64,000 bases of DNA from Lama guanicoe. Its lineage: Eukaryota. The notes under the pieces were generated by a model that made no database searches, was not told the origin of the DNA, and saw nothing but the letters and a program-made list of their open reading frames with translations. The stretch is from positions 3,232,829 to 3,296,828 of the forward strand of contig MU054925.1 in the NCBI GenBank assembly GCA_013239625.1. Direction: 5' to 3'. Shown here piece after piece: positions 45,601 to 57,717 of the stretch (position 1 is its first letter; each line of letters begins with the position of its first letter). A program made the position numbers and the translations under genes.

Positions 45601-48600
45601 CTCAGCCACTTCCTTCCTAGCCCCAGGTACCACAGCAAGCCGGGCTGGAGGTGCTGGCAGTGCCTCACCCATAGTGGGGTCACCGTCAGTGAGGAGGACG
45701 ATGAGGGTGACGCTCCTTGCAGGCAGCAGCTCCTCTCGGTTGGCTCTTTCCAGCAGCTGCACGGCCATCAGCATCGCATCGTTTATATTGGTCCCTGAGG
45801 GAAACACACTCTCAGGGTGGCTCCCAGCCAGGTGCCCCAGACCGGGCTTGGTGCCCCAGAAGCCCCGGCCACGTGGGGCTGCAGAGGGCCTCACCTCCCT
45901 GGGCCTGGATGCCGGCAACGTAGCTCTTGGCCTCTTTCACATTCTCAGCTGAGGCTGGCACCAGCTGTGGCTTCCACTGGGTTGCTTCCCCACTGAAGCT
46001 GATTAGGTTGAACTGGTCGTAGGGGCGGAGGTCATCCAGGATCTTAAGTAGGGCTTCCTGAGTCTGGTAAGGGGAAGGGGACACAAGGTGGGTGTCTCAG
46101 TGGGGCCTCAGGTACCCTGGGGCTGCACCCTGGGGCTCATATCTGGAGTGGGGACGTGGTGAATGCTTCAGAGGCAGGTCCTGCCTCATAACTCTGACCA
46201 TCTCAGAGTGAGGGGGAAACCCTTACCCATGAAGATGGAGGAGGGCAGGTCCGCCTGCTGGACCAGAGCTGACAGTGTCTGTATGTTTATGTCTGTATGT
46301 TTTCAGGACCCTGCCCTGGCCCACGGGACCCACCTGCTGTATTTTCCTGCCGCTCATGGAGCCACTCTTGTCAATGACAAAGATCACGTTCTTAGATAGC
46401 GTGGACAGGCCCTCAGGGGCAAAGTAGTGCACAAAGTAGCCATTCTCGATCTGTGACCAAAGTGAGATGCACAGGTATAAGAGCTTCAGCCCTGCCCTGA
46501 CCCCAACCAGCCTCCTCACCCCCAGTCCTGGTGTTTCTATGCTCTCTTCACTCCAACCCCTCCACCCCTGTTCCCCTGCTAACCTGCCCAAATCCCTGCC
46601 ATATTTTAGGGCTCAGTCCAGCCCTTCCCTTACAGAGAAGGCTTCCCTGCTCATGCATGGCCCACCAGAACTCTATGCCTACTTTACCTCCTATTTGTTT
46701 TCATATTTGAGGTAGCTCATACTAAAGGGTTCAGACATAATAAACCTGAGGTCCATCAAAAAAGTGAAGACTCCAAAAACAAGGTCCATCAAAAGATGCC
46801 AGAAACTTGTGTTAAAGACTACTGCAATTGAGCATAAAACTGAATTGTGAGCCTCCTGGCAGCTGAAGCAACAAGGGAAACTCTGTAGCGCAGCTCTTCA
46901 GTAGAGATGAAATTTTTTGCTTCTGAAAGGGAATTGTTTCAGGGACGACACAACTAAACTGCCTATTTTCTGTGTTGCCCCTGGTGCACACTGATGACTA
47001 GGGGTGGTTATTTTGTCTTTTCTTTTAGAATAGGGCTAGGGCCTATTCTCTTCTCTTCTATTCTAGAATAGAATAGGGCTCAGGCCCTTGAGGGTGGATG
47101 GATTTTTTGGTGGCCCTTCTCTTGCCTGGAGCCCACGCACCTGAATGGAACCCCCAGAGGAGGTCCGATTGACATCATAGCGGACGATGAAGTTGCCATT
47201 CAGGACTGTGTCCTGTTGCTCTGGAGATATTTGCTGCTGAGAGAGCGTCGGCTTGAATTGGATGTGAGCCTGGAAAAATGACCAAGCTGAAGTTGGGAGG
47301 AGCAGTGAGGCAGTGCTAACAACACCCTTCATCCCCATCTGAAGAGAGAACGCCAGGATGCAGCCTTGGGTCAAATTCCAGGGAATTTTCTCTCAGGCTG
47401 AGCTGTCAGATAGACTGCCTCCCTGGAGGGCAGGGATTGTGAGTGAATCCCCTGCTCCTAGATCTGTGCAAGGAAGGGCTGGGCTCAGGATGTGATCCAG
47501 CCAGCTCCTCCTCCCTACCTGGTCCTGGGGCCCTCACATCAGTCTTCTCCCCTGATCTAAGGGTTCAAACCAGTACCCACCAGCCTTCCCTACACCTTGC
47601 CCTCCCTGTCTGCCAGATGACAACATGAACACAGGAACCTCATGAGTCCCTCCAGCTCAGAGATTCTGTCCAATAGTCCCACTCTCTGGAAATTCAGGCT
47701 CATAGGGCCAACCTGAAGACAGGCCCCTTGGAACCCTCAACCACAGACCATAAGCAGGCCCACCTTGGTCTGGTTCTGGAAGGTGGTGAGGGCCTTTGCC
47801 AGTTCATTGGTCATGAAGGTGCTCTCTGTCTCCAGAAAGCTGATGCCTTGAGGCTCGAAGATATGAACGTCCATCTAGAGGCAAGAAGTGGGTTACCGGG
47901 TCTGCTAGGCCTTGCCCTTACAGGAGGCATGGGGGAAGGAGGGACCGCCCTTAGCAGAGTGGGGTGATCTAGGAGGCCTTCTAAGAGGAGGCAGCACCAG
48001 GTACCTGCAGGTGCTTGACCAGCTGCTGAGGATGAATTTGCAGTAGCAGCTCGTATGCTCCTAGACGCCGTGACAGCAGCTCCTCGTACACCAGCTCGAA
48101 AGTGACCTTGGCAGCGGGAGCAACACTGACCGACACCTGGAACTTCTCTGTCTTTCTTCCAGTGGCCCTGGGGGAAGAAGGCATCAGGCCTTCTCCTCAA
48201 GGGGAGGTATGGCCACTGGAGGTGGGAGCAAGGCTAAAGGGCTGAAGGCAGGGGCAGCCTCTGCCCTACTCCAACAGGGTCCCCCCTACCGCCTTGGGCT
48301 CACTGGACGAGGCCGGCGCTCTCTCCTCTGGACACGGCAGCGCTGTACTTCTTCTGGGCTACAGACTTCTCCTTGATGTTCCCTGGGTAGGTCACACCAT
48401 CGATGATCCTGGGGCAGGAGGGACAGAGTTGTCAAGAGCCCGGTAGGGGAGGCCCACTGCAATCCTGCCTTCTCCCGGGAGCCTATCCGGAACTTTGTGT
48501 GCCTCTTGACAGAGTGACTCCTATCTCTACTTGAGCCCACCTGTTTATTACGCACCTGTGGACAGGGCTCTGTGTGGGGCTCCAGTGTGGGTGGGGTGCC

Positions 48601-51600
48601 ACAGGCCTGCGTCTACCCCGAGCCACACACCATGTCGGTAAACATGCGTTTTACTAAACAACTGGGATGGAGGCTGCAGAGGAGGCAGGGCTGAGCCAGG
48701 ACCCAGCCTCTCTTCTCCCTCCCTGTCTGGACCCACATCCCACGGACTGTTCCCAGATGAACCGATCAGTCACCAGGGAGGGCTTTCTGAGCCACATTCC
48801 ATGCAGCCCTGTGCCCAGCTGTGAGGGGCAGGCTGAGGAGGAGGGAGATGCCGGCTCCCAGGCCAGGGGAGACACGGTGCTGAAAAGGCTCTGACTCCTC
48901 TCCTCTGAGGCTGCCCTTTCTTCCTGCCAACACGGGGCAAACCCCTCTGCAGGGAGGTTGGCCTCTGGGGAAGGAGGTTTTGGACAACAGGTGGATGGGG
49001 CTTCTTGGGGCCCGGACACAATCCTAGCAGCCATTTTTGTGGGACTGAGAGAGAACTGCCTGGGCTGCTCCTTTGGAAGGAAATGACCACCCTAGAACCT
49101 CCTCATGGGGTGAGTAGGGATGCAGCAGGCTAACTGCTCCATTTAGGGTGGTGTGAGAGGATGAGAGTGTCCAGGAGTGGGTGGGGAGGGGGCAGCCAGG
49201 ATGCCAGGACCGAATGTTCCTCCTCCCCACCTTCCTGAATTTCCTGGTCACAATTTAACTCTGGGCTGGGGATGGGGATGGGGCTGGTGCTGGGCTGTAG
49301 GGCTCCTCCCTGCAGATGCCCAACTGGAGCTCCTGGCCAGGTCAAGGAGCAGGGCACCCTGCCCTCTGCTTCCCTGCCTCATGCAGCAGCAGGAGCTGGG
49401 CCCAGCTGGGCTCTCAGCAGATTCAACAGGCCCACAGCCTTGCAACTTGCTGGTTGTGGCACCCACATGGGAGGTGGGGTGCAGCCTGTGAAGCTCATGC
49501 TACAAGTTGGGCAGCACAGGCCTGGCTCTGGGGTGAAAAAAAGCAGGGCTGATGGAGAGGGGTCGGCAGAGAGATAAGGAGGAGGCAACCACAGGGACTC
49601 GGCCCCTGACGCAGGTTTTCAGAGGTCCCAGGGTACACTGGGAACTCTGCCCGAGATGCTCGCTCTCTGTGCAACTCATGGCCTTCCCTAAGTTTCTGGG
49701 ATCAGCCTCTCTGGCCTGTCCTCAACCACTGCCTCTCCTGTGGGGCCAGGGATGGACAGAGAGTTCTCTTGCATTTAGCAAACATTGCAAAACTGAGATG
49801 GGAGGGTGGGGGCGGACAGTAGAGGACAAGGTGAGGATCATCACTGGCTCACAGAGTCCACAGAAACCCCAGGGCCTCCTAATGCAGGCTCTGACCCAGA
49901 GCAGAACACCCCCCTGCAGTATCCCACTTGAGGGTGGGGGAACCAGCTGGCCTAGAATTTCTGTGACAAGGAGGTGGTCCCCCTCCTTGAGGCACTGCTT
50001 CATTGTAGGGCAGCTCAGGGGTTAGGAAGTTTCCTGTATTCTGAGCTAGAATCTGCCTTTTGGTGACTCTCTCCTGCCTGGGTTTGGCCTCAGGATGCTC
50101 CAAGTCTGTACTTCTCAAAGGCAAAGACCCAAACATGCCGCGGTTCTCTACCTGCCACCTGGGCAGCACTTAGGGATGGTGGATGAATGAATGGAGGGAG
50201 AGATGGATGGTGGGAGTGACCAGTGGAGGGAGGGAGGGAGGCAGGGAGGAAGGGACACAGGGAGGGCAACATCTCTGAGAATTTCCTGGGTAAAACCTCT
50301 GTTCCCTGTACTGCCTACAGGTGGAGCACACATACCTCAGGCCTATATTCCAAGAAGAGGCCCTCTTCCTGATTGGGGCACAGGGGCCACAGTGTCACAG
50401 TGCTGGGTTGGGGAGGAGGGACACGGGGGAAGGCAGGACACCTACATGGAGAAGTTGGTGATGAAGGCTTTCTTGGGCAGCTCCATCTGGAAGGTGGCCT
50501 CCTGCACAGTATCGGCCCTGTTGACCACCCGGCTGGTGACAACTGTGTGGGCAAATCGGGATGAGACCTTGGAGTCCACAGTGAGGCTGTAGATGTTGAT
50601 GCCATTCTGGAACAGTGAAAGAAGAAGGAGTGGGGTTGTTCCAGTGCTCTTCAAGAGTGGGCCTTGACCTTGGTCCCAGACCAAGCCCTGGCCCCCAACT
50701 CCAATCAAGCCACTGACCAGGCCTCAGGCAAAATCCCATGAACCATTTCACATGTGAATCCTCCACTTAAATCAGAAGCAGCTGTGTGCTTCATGCCCCA
50801 CCCTACAGGGCCATAGTGCCCCTCAGAGAACAAGCAGGCAAGGGGTGTGGGGTGGTGCCTGTGCCCTGGTGTGTCTGTGGGGGACTCACTTATCCTTGGG
50901 GTAGAGGTGAGCGGCAGAGGGTCCTGTCGAATCAGGAAGCTTCCATGCCATCTCAGCTCTGCCCAGTGAAAGGGCAGTAAACAAGCCCTTTGTCTGGGAA
51001 AAACAGCTCCTGCCAGCCTTCCCCCAGGGGCCTGCAGGAGCTGGGAGAATTGGAGGCAGGGAGGGTCCATCTCTAAGGCTGGGCATCTTCCGCTTTGCCC
51101 CTTTTCCCCTGCAGCCGTGGGGCCTCCTCTGTTGCCCTGTCCATCCCCACGAGGCACTGCCCACCCCAGGCATGTGTACTTCGCCTGAGGTCTGCGGTCC
51201 CCAACGAAGGGCTGAGCACAGGCAGAGCCCACACTTCTGCTGCCTGTCTGCATATGGCACACTTGTGCTTAGCACGGAGGCTGCGTGGCGGGCTGAGTGG
51301 CTTGTGTACACGTGTGTCTGTTCTGTGCTGGGCCCTGTACTCAGCACTTTATAGCACTAGAGGTTTCATCTTCACCACAAACTTCTGAATGGTTCTATTA
51401 TCACCCTGTTCTACAGATATGGAAACAGAGACATACAAAGCATCAGTAACTTCTGGGAACTCAAGAAGCCAGGGAGAGGTAAGCTGGGCTCCTAAGGCCA
51501 CACACCCCACCTCCTGCCGCCCTTCAGGACAACCTGCTAGGCTGTATCTCCTCCCCAGTGAACTGGAAATAACAAGATCACCCTTCCAGTAAATGGGGAC

Positions 51601-51880
51601 ACTCCACAAAGCCCTGAGGGTAGTGCCTGTTGGATGGGCAGCACACTTCTCTGTAGGCACACTGACCCGCGCTCACCTGCACTTACACACTTCTGCACAC
51701 CGAGGCTCTCCTCCCCTTCACTCGCTCCCCAGCTTGCCCCACTCATGCTCAGGCGCGCGCACACACAGGTGCCCCAGACACTGCTACCTTTTGGGCTGCG
51801 GTAGTCTGGAGGATGGCCAGTAGTAGCGAGAGCAGGACCAGCACGATGTCCCAGGCGTGGACAGGGGCTGGAGTCTTCAT
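36699..51880 (-). CDS. ITIH4: Inter-alpha-trypsin inhibitor heavy chain H4 (about 934 aa, 24 exons; exon 14 partly in gap)
   Basis: Exons 5'->3': 51788-51880, 50446-50606, 48304-48408, 48005-48167, 47764-47874, 47141-47269, 46334-46450, 45895-46063, 45669-45794, 45336-45517, 45053-45238, 43349-43488, 42967-43124, 42378-(gap from 42391), 42043-42096, 41853-41891, 41486-41623, 40899-40964, 40676-40702, 40473-40589, 39217-39391, 37445-37599, 37212-37308, 36699-36768. [62 protein letters not shown], no DPHFII (as expected for ITIH4), C-terminus CWSVEL. Confidence 0.96.
37790..38400 (-). mobile_element. Old L1 fragment (approximate bounds)
   Basis: Abrupt AT/T-rich block in GC-rich ITIH4 intron 21, with antisense L1 ORF2-like strings (CCCAGCATTATTTAT..., GGAATTGCCCTAAACTTAC...). 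Confidence 0.45.
42391..42686. other. Assembly gap (296 N) covering the 5' part of ITIH4 exon 14
   Basis: N-run abutting AACGTCTACTCAG|GTGAGG (N-V-Y-S on the minus strand) on one side and a (GA)n repeat on the other. Confidence 1.
42687..42733. repeat. (GA)n/(GGGA)n polypurine microsatellite
   Basis: GAGAGAGA...GGGAGGGAGAGGGAGGGAGAGAGAGAG next to the gap. Confidence 0.9.
47056..47073. repeat. 18-bp perfect palindrome within a local duplication
   Basis: TTCTATTCTAGAATAGAA is self-complementary. TAGAATAGGGCT occurs at 47026-47037 and 47069-47080. Confidence 0.85.
51324..51470 (-). mobile_element. MIR SINE in ITIH4 intron 1
   Basis: TGTGCTGGGCCCTGTACTCAGCACTTTATA...CTATTATCACCCTGTTCTACAGATATGGAAACAGAGACAT...AGTAACTT resembles antisense MIR. 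Confidence 0.6.
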
Positions 51881-51930
51881 TTTGGCTCCAGTGCCTGGCA
51901 GGTGGCTTCTGAACTTGAGAGGAAGTGGGG

Positions 51931-51984
51931 AATGAATTAGTAACTTGCTGGCTGCCCCGCCCCTGCGGGGGCAGGTTCTAGGAA
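51931..51984 (-). promoter_or_regulatory. ITIH4 proximal promoter: HNF1-like site, GC box, STAT3/GAS site
   Basis: Minus strand GTTACTAATTCATT (51931-51944, HNF1-like), CCCCGCCC (51955-51962, Sp1) and TTCTAGGAA (51976-51984, perfect TTCN3GAA), all within 105 nt of the ATG. ITIH4 is a known IL-6-responsive hepatic acute-phase gene. Confidence 0.65.
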
Positions 51985-54299
51985 ACTGGAATCTGTAAGC
52001 CAAAACTCGCAGTGGCCTCAGATAAGGAGGCAAACTGTCAATGTCCTGTGGACCTTGGCTGGGGACGGGAATGTGTCCTGAGGAGAGGCAGGTCAGGTGG
52101 GAGGTGGATACTGGTACCCCTTCTGGAAGGTCCACTAGGCCACCACCACCCCTCACACCAGTCTGATGCCACCACATTCCCCAGGGTTTGGGGACACAGT
52201 GGTGAACCGGCCCATTTTCCATAAGCCCAGCCTGGGAGAAGCAGAGAGGTGGCCAGGAAGATGAGGGCCAGAGGGCGGCTTTTGGGAGGCAGAAGCCTGG
52301 AGGCCATGTCAGTGTGACCACATCAGTGGGGCTGCTGCAAAGAAACCAAACAGCCCTTGGGGGTGTCTGAGTGGGGCAGGAGCTGCTGGGGTCAAGGCAG
52401 GATGGATACACCTTATTTCTGAGGAGAGAGAGGTGGGGCCAAAGAGCCCCCTTTCTCTCTGCAGGGGCCCCTGGGCTGCTGTTCAGGACCCATTATTCTA
52501 GCCAGGACTCCTGGTGCAATTCCAGCAAGGCCTCCAAAACAAGACCTGCACTTGGCAACACAAACTGAGAGCCATAAAGATGCCCACATGTTGCGGCCCA
52601 GATCTCGCTCCAGGTAATTTCCTAAGAGGGAAGCTTGGAACAGAGAAAGAACAGAGCTTCGGGGTGTTGGCGCATATACCCAGGTGGCCTGTGTGGAGGT
52701 CAGTTGTGCCAGGGGAGCCTGTGAATCACTGCTTGAATGACAAAGGGCAGAATGCTGATCCGTCAGCACACTAAGGCAGTGGCAGTGTTGGAAGCAGACC
52801 CACGGGTGGCTGGAGGCCCTGGGGTGGGATTACTGATGACTTTTTCCAATTTTCCTTTAATAAAATTGAAAGCCTGCTTTCATAACAAATAGCAATAAAG
52901 TGAATAATTATTAGGGGATCTGGACGCAGCCGGTGCTTGTGTCCCTGTGGCTCTGGGAAAGCTTGTCTCCTGAGTCTGGGGCCACAGATGGGGTAAAGAT
53001 GCTTCAGAAAAGTGGCCAGGTGCCAAATCCTGGGTCGGGGAAGGAGGACTCAGTGACACTAGCCAGGGGGTGGCCAGGGGCTAGGAGCTGGGGGCAGGTG
53101 CCATCCTCAGGGCCAACTTGGGGCCCTGGGGCAGCGACTGGCTGGCAACCGCCTGGGTCAACGCTAGCAGCATCTGCCCCAAGGGAAGGGAATCATAGAC
53201 TCCAGAGCTGTGTCTGTGGCTGCAAGTAAACACTCCCCTTCCTGAGCATGACTACAGCCAGAAGCTGCATCTTTGCATGCATCTGCACTGCTCTCCCGTT
53301 GGCTCTGGGTGACTAGGACTACATGGGAGGACACACCCCTTCAGCACTCTTGGGGAGGAGCTTCCCAAGGAGCCCAGCGAGCAGGCCCAGGCTTTGTCCC
53401 CAGAGGCCTGCTCCCTTGGGGCACAGAGCACAGGCCCAGCCTGGAAACAGCTATATAAGGAGGCCGGGACTGTGGGAAGGGCTCTGTGCAGCCCACTCCA
53501 CCTGCCCAGTGGAGTGGTGGAGCTCGCCTGTAAGCTTCAGCCCTGAGCCAGGCCCTGCAATCCCAGACCCTGCCAGTCCAGCCCTGGACTGTCCTTGCTC
53601 TTGCTGTCACAGCTGGACAGGCTTCTGTGGCCCCCTTAGTCTGATGGCTCCATGCATACAGGGACATTGAGGCCTGAAGTGGAAGGGATTGAAGGTGAGC
53701 TGAGAACCTGGTGTTCACGTAGCTCAGGCAGAGCTGTGGGAATGGCAAGGGGAAGGCTCGCCCTGAGTTTGGGACAGGGGACAGAAGCTCAGGAAGCGGA
53801 CTGCCAAGGGCCAGAGAGGAGCCTCAACCTGGCTTTGTCTTTGAGGGGATGCAAGCTGCCAGGGAGGCAATATAAACAACGAGGAGGGAATTCTGAGGAC
53901 CCTGAGTCCCACAGAGCCTTGGGGTCCCTGGACGCATGCCCATGGCTTCTGTGGAGGTGGGGGAGGGATGAGCCTCACTCTGAGGCAATGTGACTATGGC
54001 TTGTTTTACCCAACAGGCTCCCCTGTCACATACAATGGGAAACTGGGGCTCAGAAGAGGAGGAGAGATGGTCTGAAGTCACACAGAAAGTCGGTGCCAGG
54101 TCTTCCCATTCAAAGCTCTTTCTAGTATTGTGACAGTGGCCGTAACAGCACCTGCATTATCCTCTGGGACCCCCGCAACAGCCACGAAGGGTAGAGAACA
54201 TGCCCCACACCCACCCTGCCCTCCCCTCCCCTACATTTAGTGGCCTTGGCCAGTGACCAACCAACACCCTCCACACACTGGAGCCACTCGGGCATCTGC

Positions 54300-54305
54300 T
54301 TTATT
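54300..54305 (-). terminator. MUSTN1 polyadenylation signal (AATAAA)
   Basis: Plus-strand TTTATT, about 145 nt after the MUSTN1 stop codon. Confidence 0.75.
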
Positions 54306-54447
54306 GGTGTTTCCCAGGTGCTGTGGGGGAGGGGTGGCAGCCCCAGATGCAGCAGGTGAGAAGGTACATTCTGGCATAAAAAAGAGTTCTTGGGAAAGGG
54401 TCCTGTGTCTGGGTGTCAGTGGTGGTGATGGGGGTGGCAGGCACTTC

Positions 54448-55953
<1,506 letters not shown>

Positions 55954-56031
55954 GGTGGGTGCTGTGGACAGCCGCTTCCTGGCAGGCAGCAGCTGAGGAC
56001 ACGATCTGCGCGGCGCCTGGCCCTCTGGAGC

Positions 56032-56228
56032 TTATATAGTCCGCTTGCCTGTCCTGGGAAGTCACCCCCCTCCGCCAAAAGCTCCACGATGATTCAGATC
56101 CACGCAGCTGCTGGCTTCAGAGTTTATTCTTGGAGATGATGGGGGCTCACGGAGCACTGCTGCTTAGGGGGCTGCGGCCCTGGTGGAGGCAGACAGCTAC
56201 GAGGACCCTGTACCCGCCAGAACAGCTG
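56032..56228 (-). promoter_or_regulatory. MUSTN1 promoter: TATA box, AP-1-like site, E-boxes
   Basis: TATATAA on the minus strand at 56032-56038, about 80 nt before the ATG. TGATTCA at 56090-56096. CAGCTG E-boxes at 56105-56110 and 56223-56228. Confidence 0.6.
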
Positions 56229-57711
56229 CTGTCTTGCAGGTGGGAGGTGCTCGGACTGGCAGCGATGTGTTTATGAACAGAGGTCCTGTAATGTGTGTGT
56301 GGGTATCTGAGCTGTCCATCTGTGACAGTCCATCCCAGAGTGGGGGGGGGGGTGTCCCCAAGGAAAGGGAGGGCCCTGAGCCAGGGTGGACAGCTCCAAG
56401 CTTGTTTTTCTTCCATCCCCTCCCTTGACTCCAGAGGAGACTTTCCAGCCCTGCACAGCAGCAGGGCAGAGGCTTCCTGTGCTGCTGGGGAGTGTATGCT
56501 CATGGCCAGCTTGCTGGGCCTTCAGTGGACTCAAGGACTGCCCCTGGCCCACAGGTGGAGAGACTGTGGCTGTATTTTTGCTGATGCCCTCACCTTCTGT
56601 CCGGCTCCCAGTGCAAGTTTAACAAAGGGGCAAAGGAGGAGGCAAAGTGCTCAGAAAGGGCTGGGAGGAAAGCAAGTGTTGTGGTTAGGATACCTGTGAG
56701 ATGAAGGCAGGAAACAGCACAGAGCTGCCAACTGAGACAAGGTCACCGAAGGGCGCCTAGCCTGAGGACATTTAGGTGGTGAGAGGGAGGGCGAAAGTGA
56801 AGCCCACTCCAGGCACTGAGCTGTGGGTGGAGGGACAGGCTCCCTGAAGGTCAGTCAGCACTCCTCTGCTAGCTCCTAACACCCCATCCTTGAAGAGAAG
56901 GACCTCAGGGCACATGGCATCCACAGCCTGTGGCGGGTGTGGGAGTGGACGTGGGCAGAAGGTCAGGGCCAACTCCGCTGGATCAGACATGCCCAAGCTC
57001 CTTGTCAGTTTGTGATGGAGAGTATTTTTATCCTTGAAGGCTCCAGGCAGACAGAACCCAACCAGGCACTGACGCTGGGTTATCTGAAACGCCACTCCAT
57101 TGCTGTCAGACCTCATCCTACCTCAACCCCCCCCCCCCCCGCCCAGTCCTGGCCCCAGGAGGCCAACACGAGGCCTGCCAGGCTCCATCTGAGACAAGTG
57201 CTGACATGAGGAATGCCTTAGGAGAGCCGCGGGCACAAACCCAGGGCCCCGAACAGGGGCCAAGAGGCACTGAGGACAGGCCCGGCCTGTGAGGACCCTG
57301 CTGCCGGCTCCCGGTGCTCCAGCTCTGCTCCACAGCCGCTCTGCCCAGCGAGGCTCCTGCCTTCCAGCAACATGGCCTCAGGAACAAGGATGTGGGGTGT
57401 TTACTCCCCACACTCCATCTCTCCAGCACCTCCTGCTCCTCAAGGGGAGGTAGAGTAGTTTTCACTTGAGTTAGCTGGGAAGTAGAAATGGCCAGAGTAT
57501 GTTCGCATTTTTTCCCTTGGCAGATTTTGGCTCCCACATCTGCCTTGAGGCAATGCAAGTTTATTCTCACTGTTTTCTGGGGAGAACCTTCTAACTCACT
57601 GGGGACATCTTCTTCATCTCACTAAGCTTGGGTGCAACCCCACAGAACACACAACCAACAACCACAAAAGTGACGGTTTCTTTTTTAAAAAACTGTAATA
57701 AGATGTCAAAC

Positions 57712-57717
57712 TTTATT
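57712..57717 (-). terminator. STIMATE distal polyadenylation signal (AATAAA)
   Basis: Minus-strand AATAAA preceded by UGUA elements and followed by a strong GU-rich downstream tract (TTTTGTGGTTGTTGGTTGTGTGTTCTGTG). Implies a 3'UTR of about 3.55 kb. Confidence 0.7.

Noticed and set aside
46749-46794. 13-bp direct repeat AGGTCCATCAAAA around a 20-bp spacer
   Set aside because: Only two copies, in a mammalian intron. Likely a small duplication; not a CRISPR-like array.
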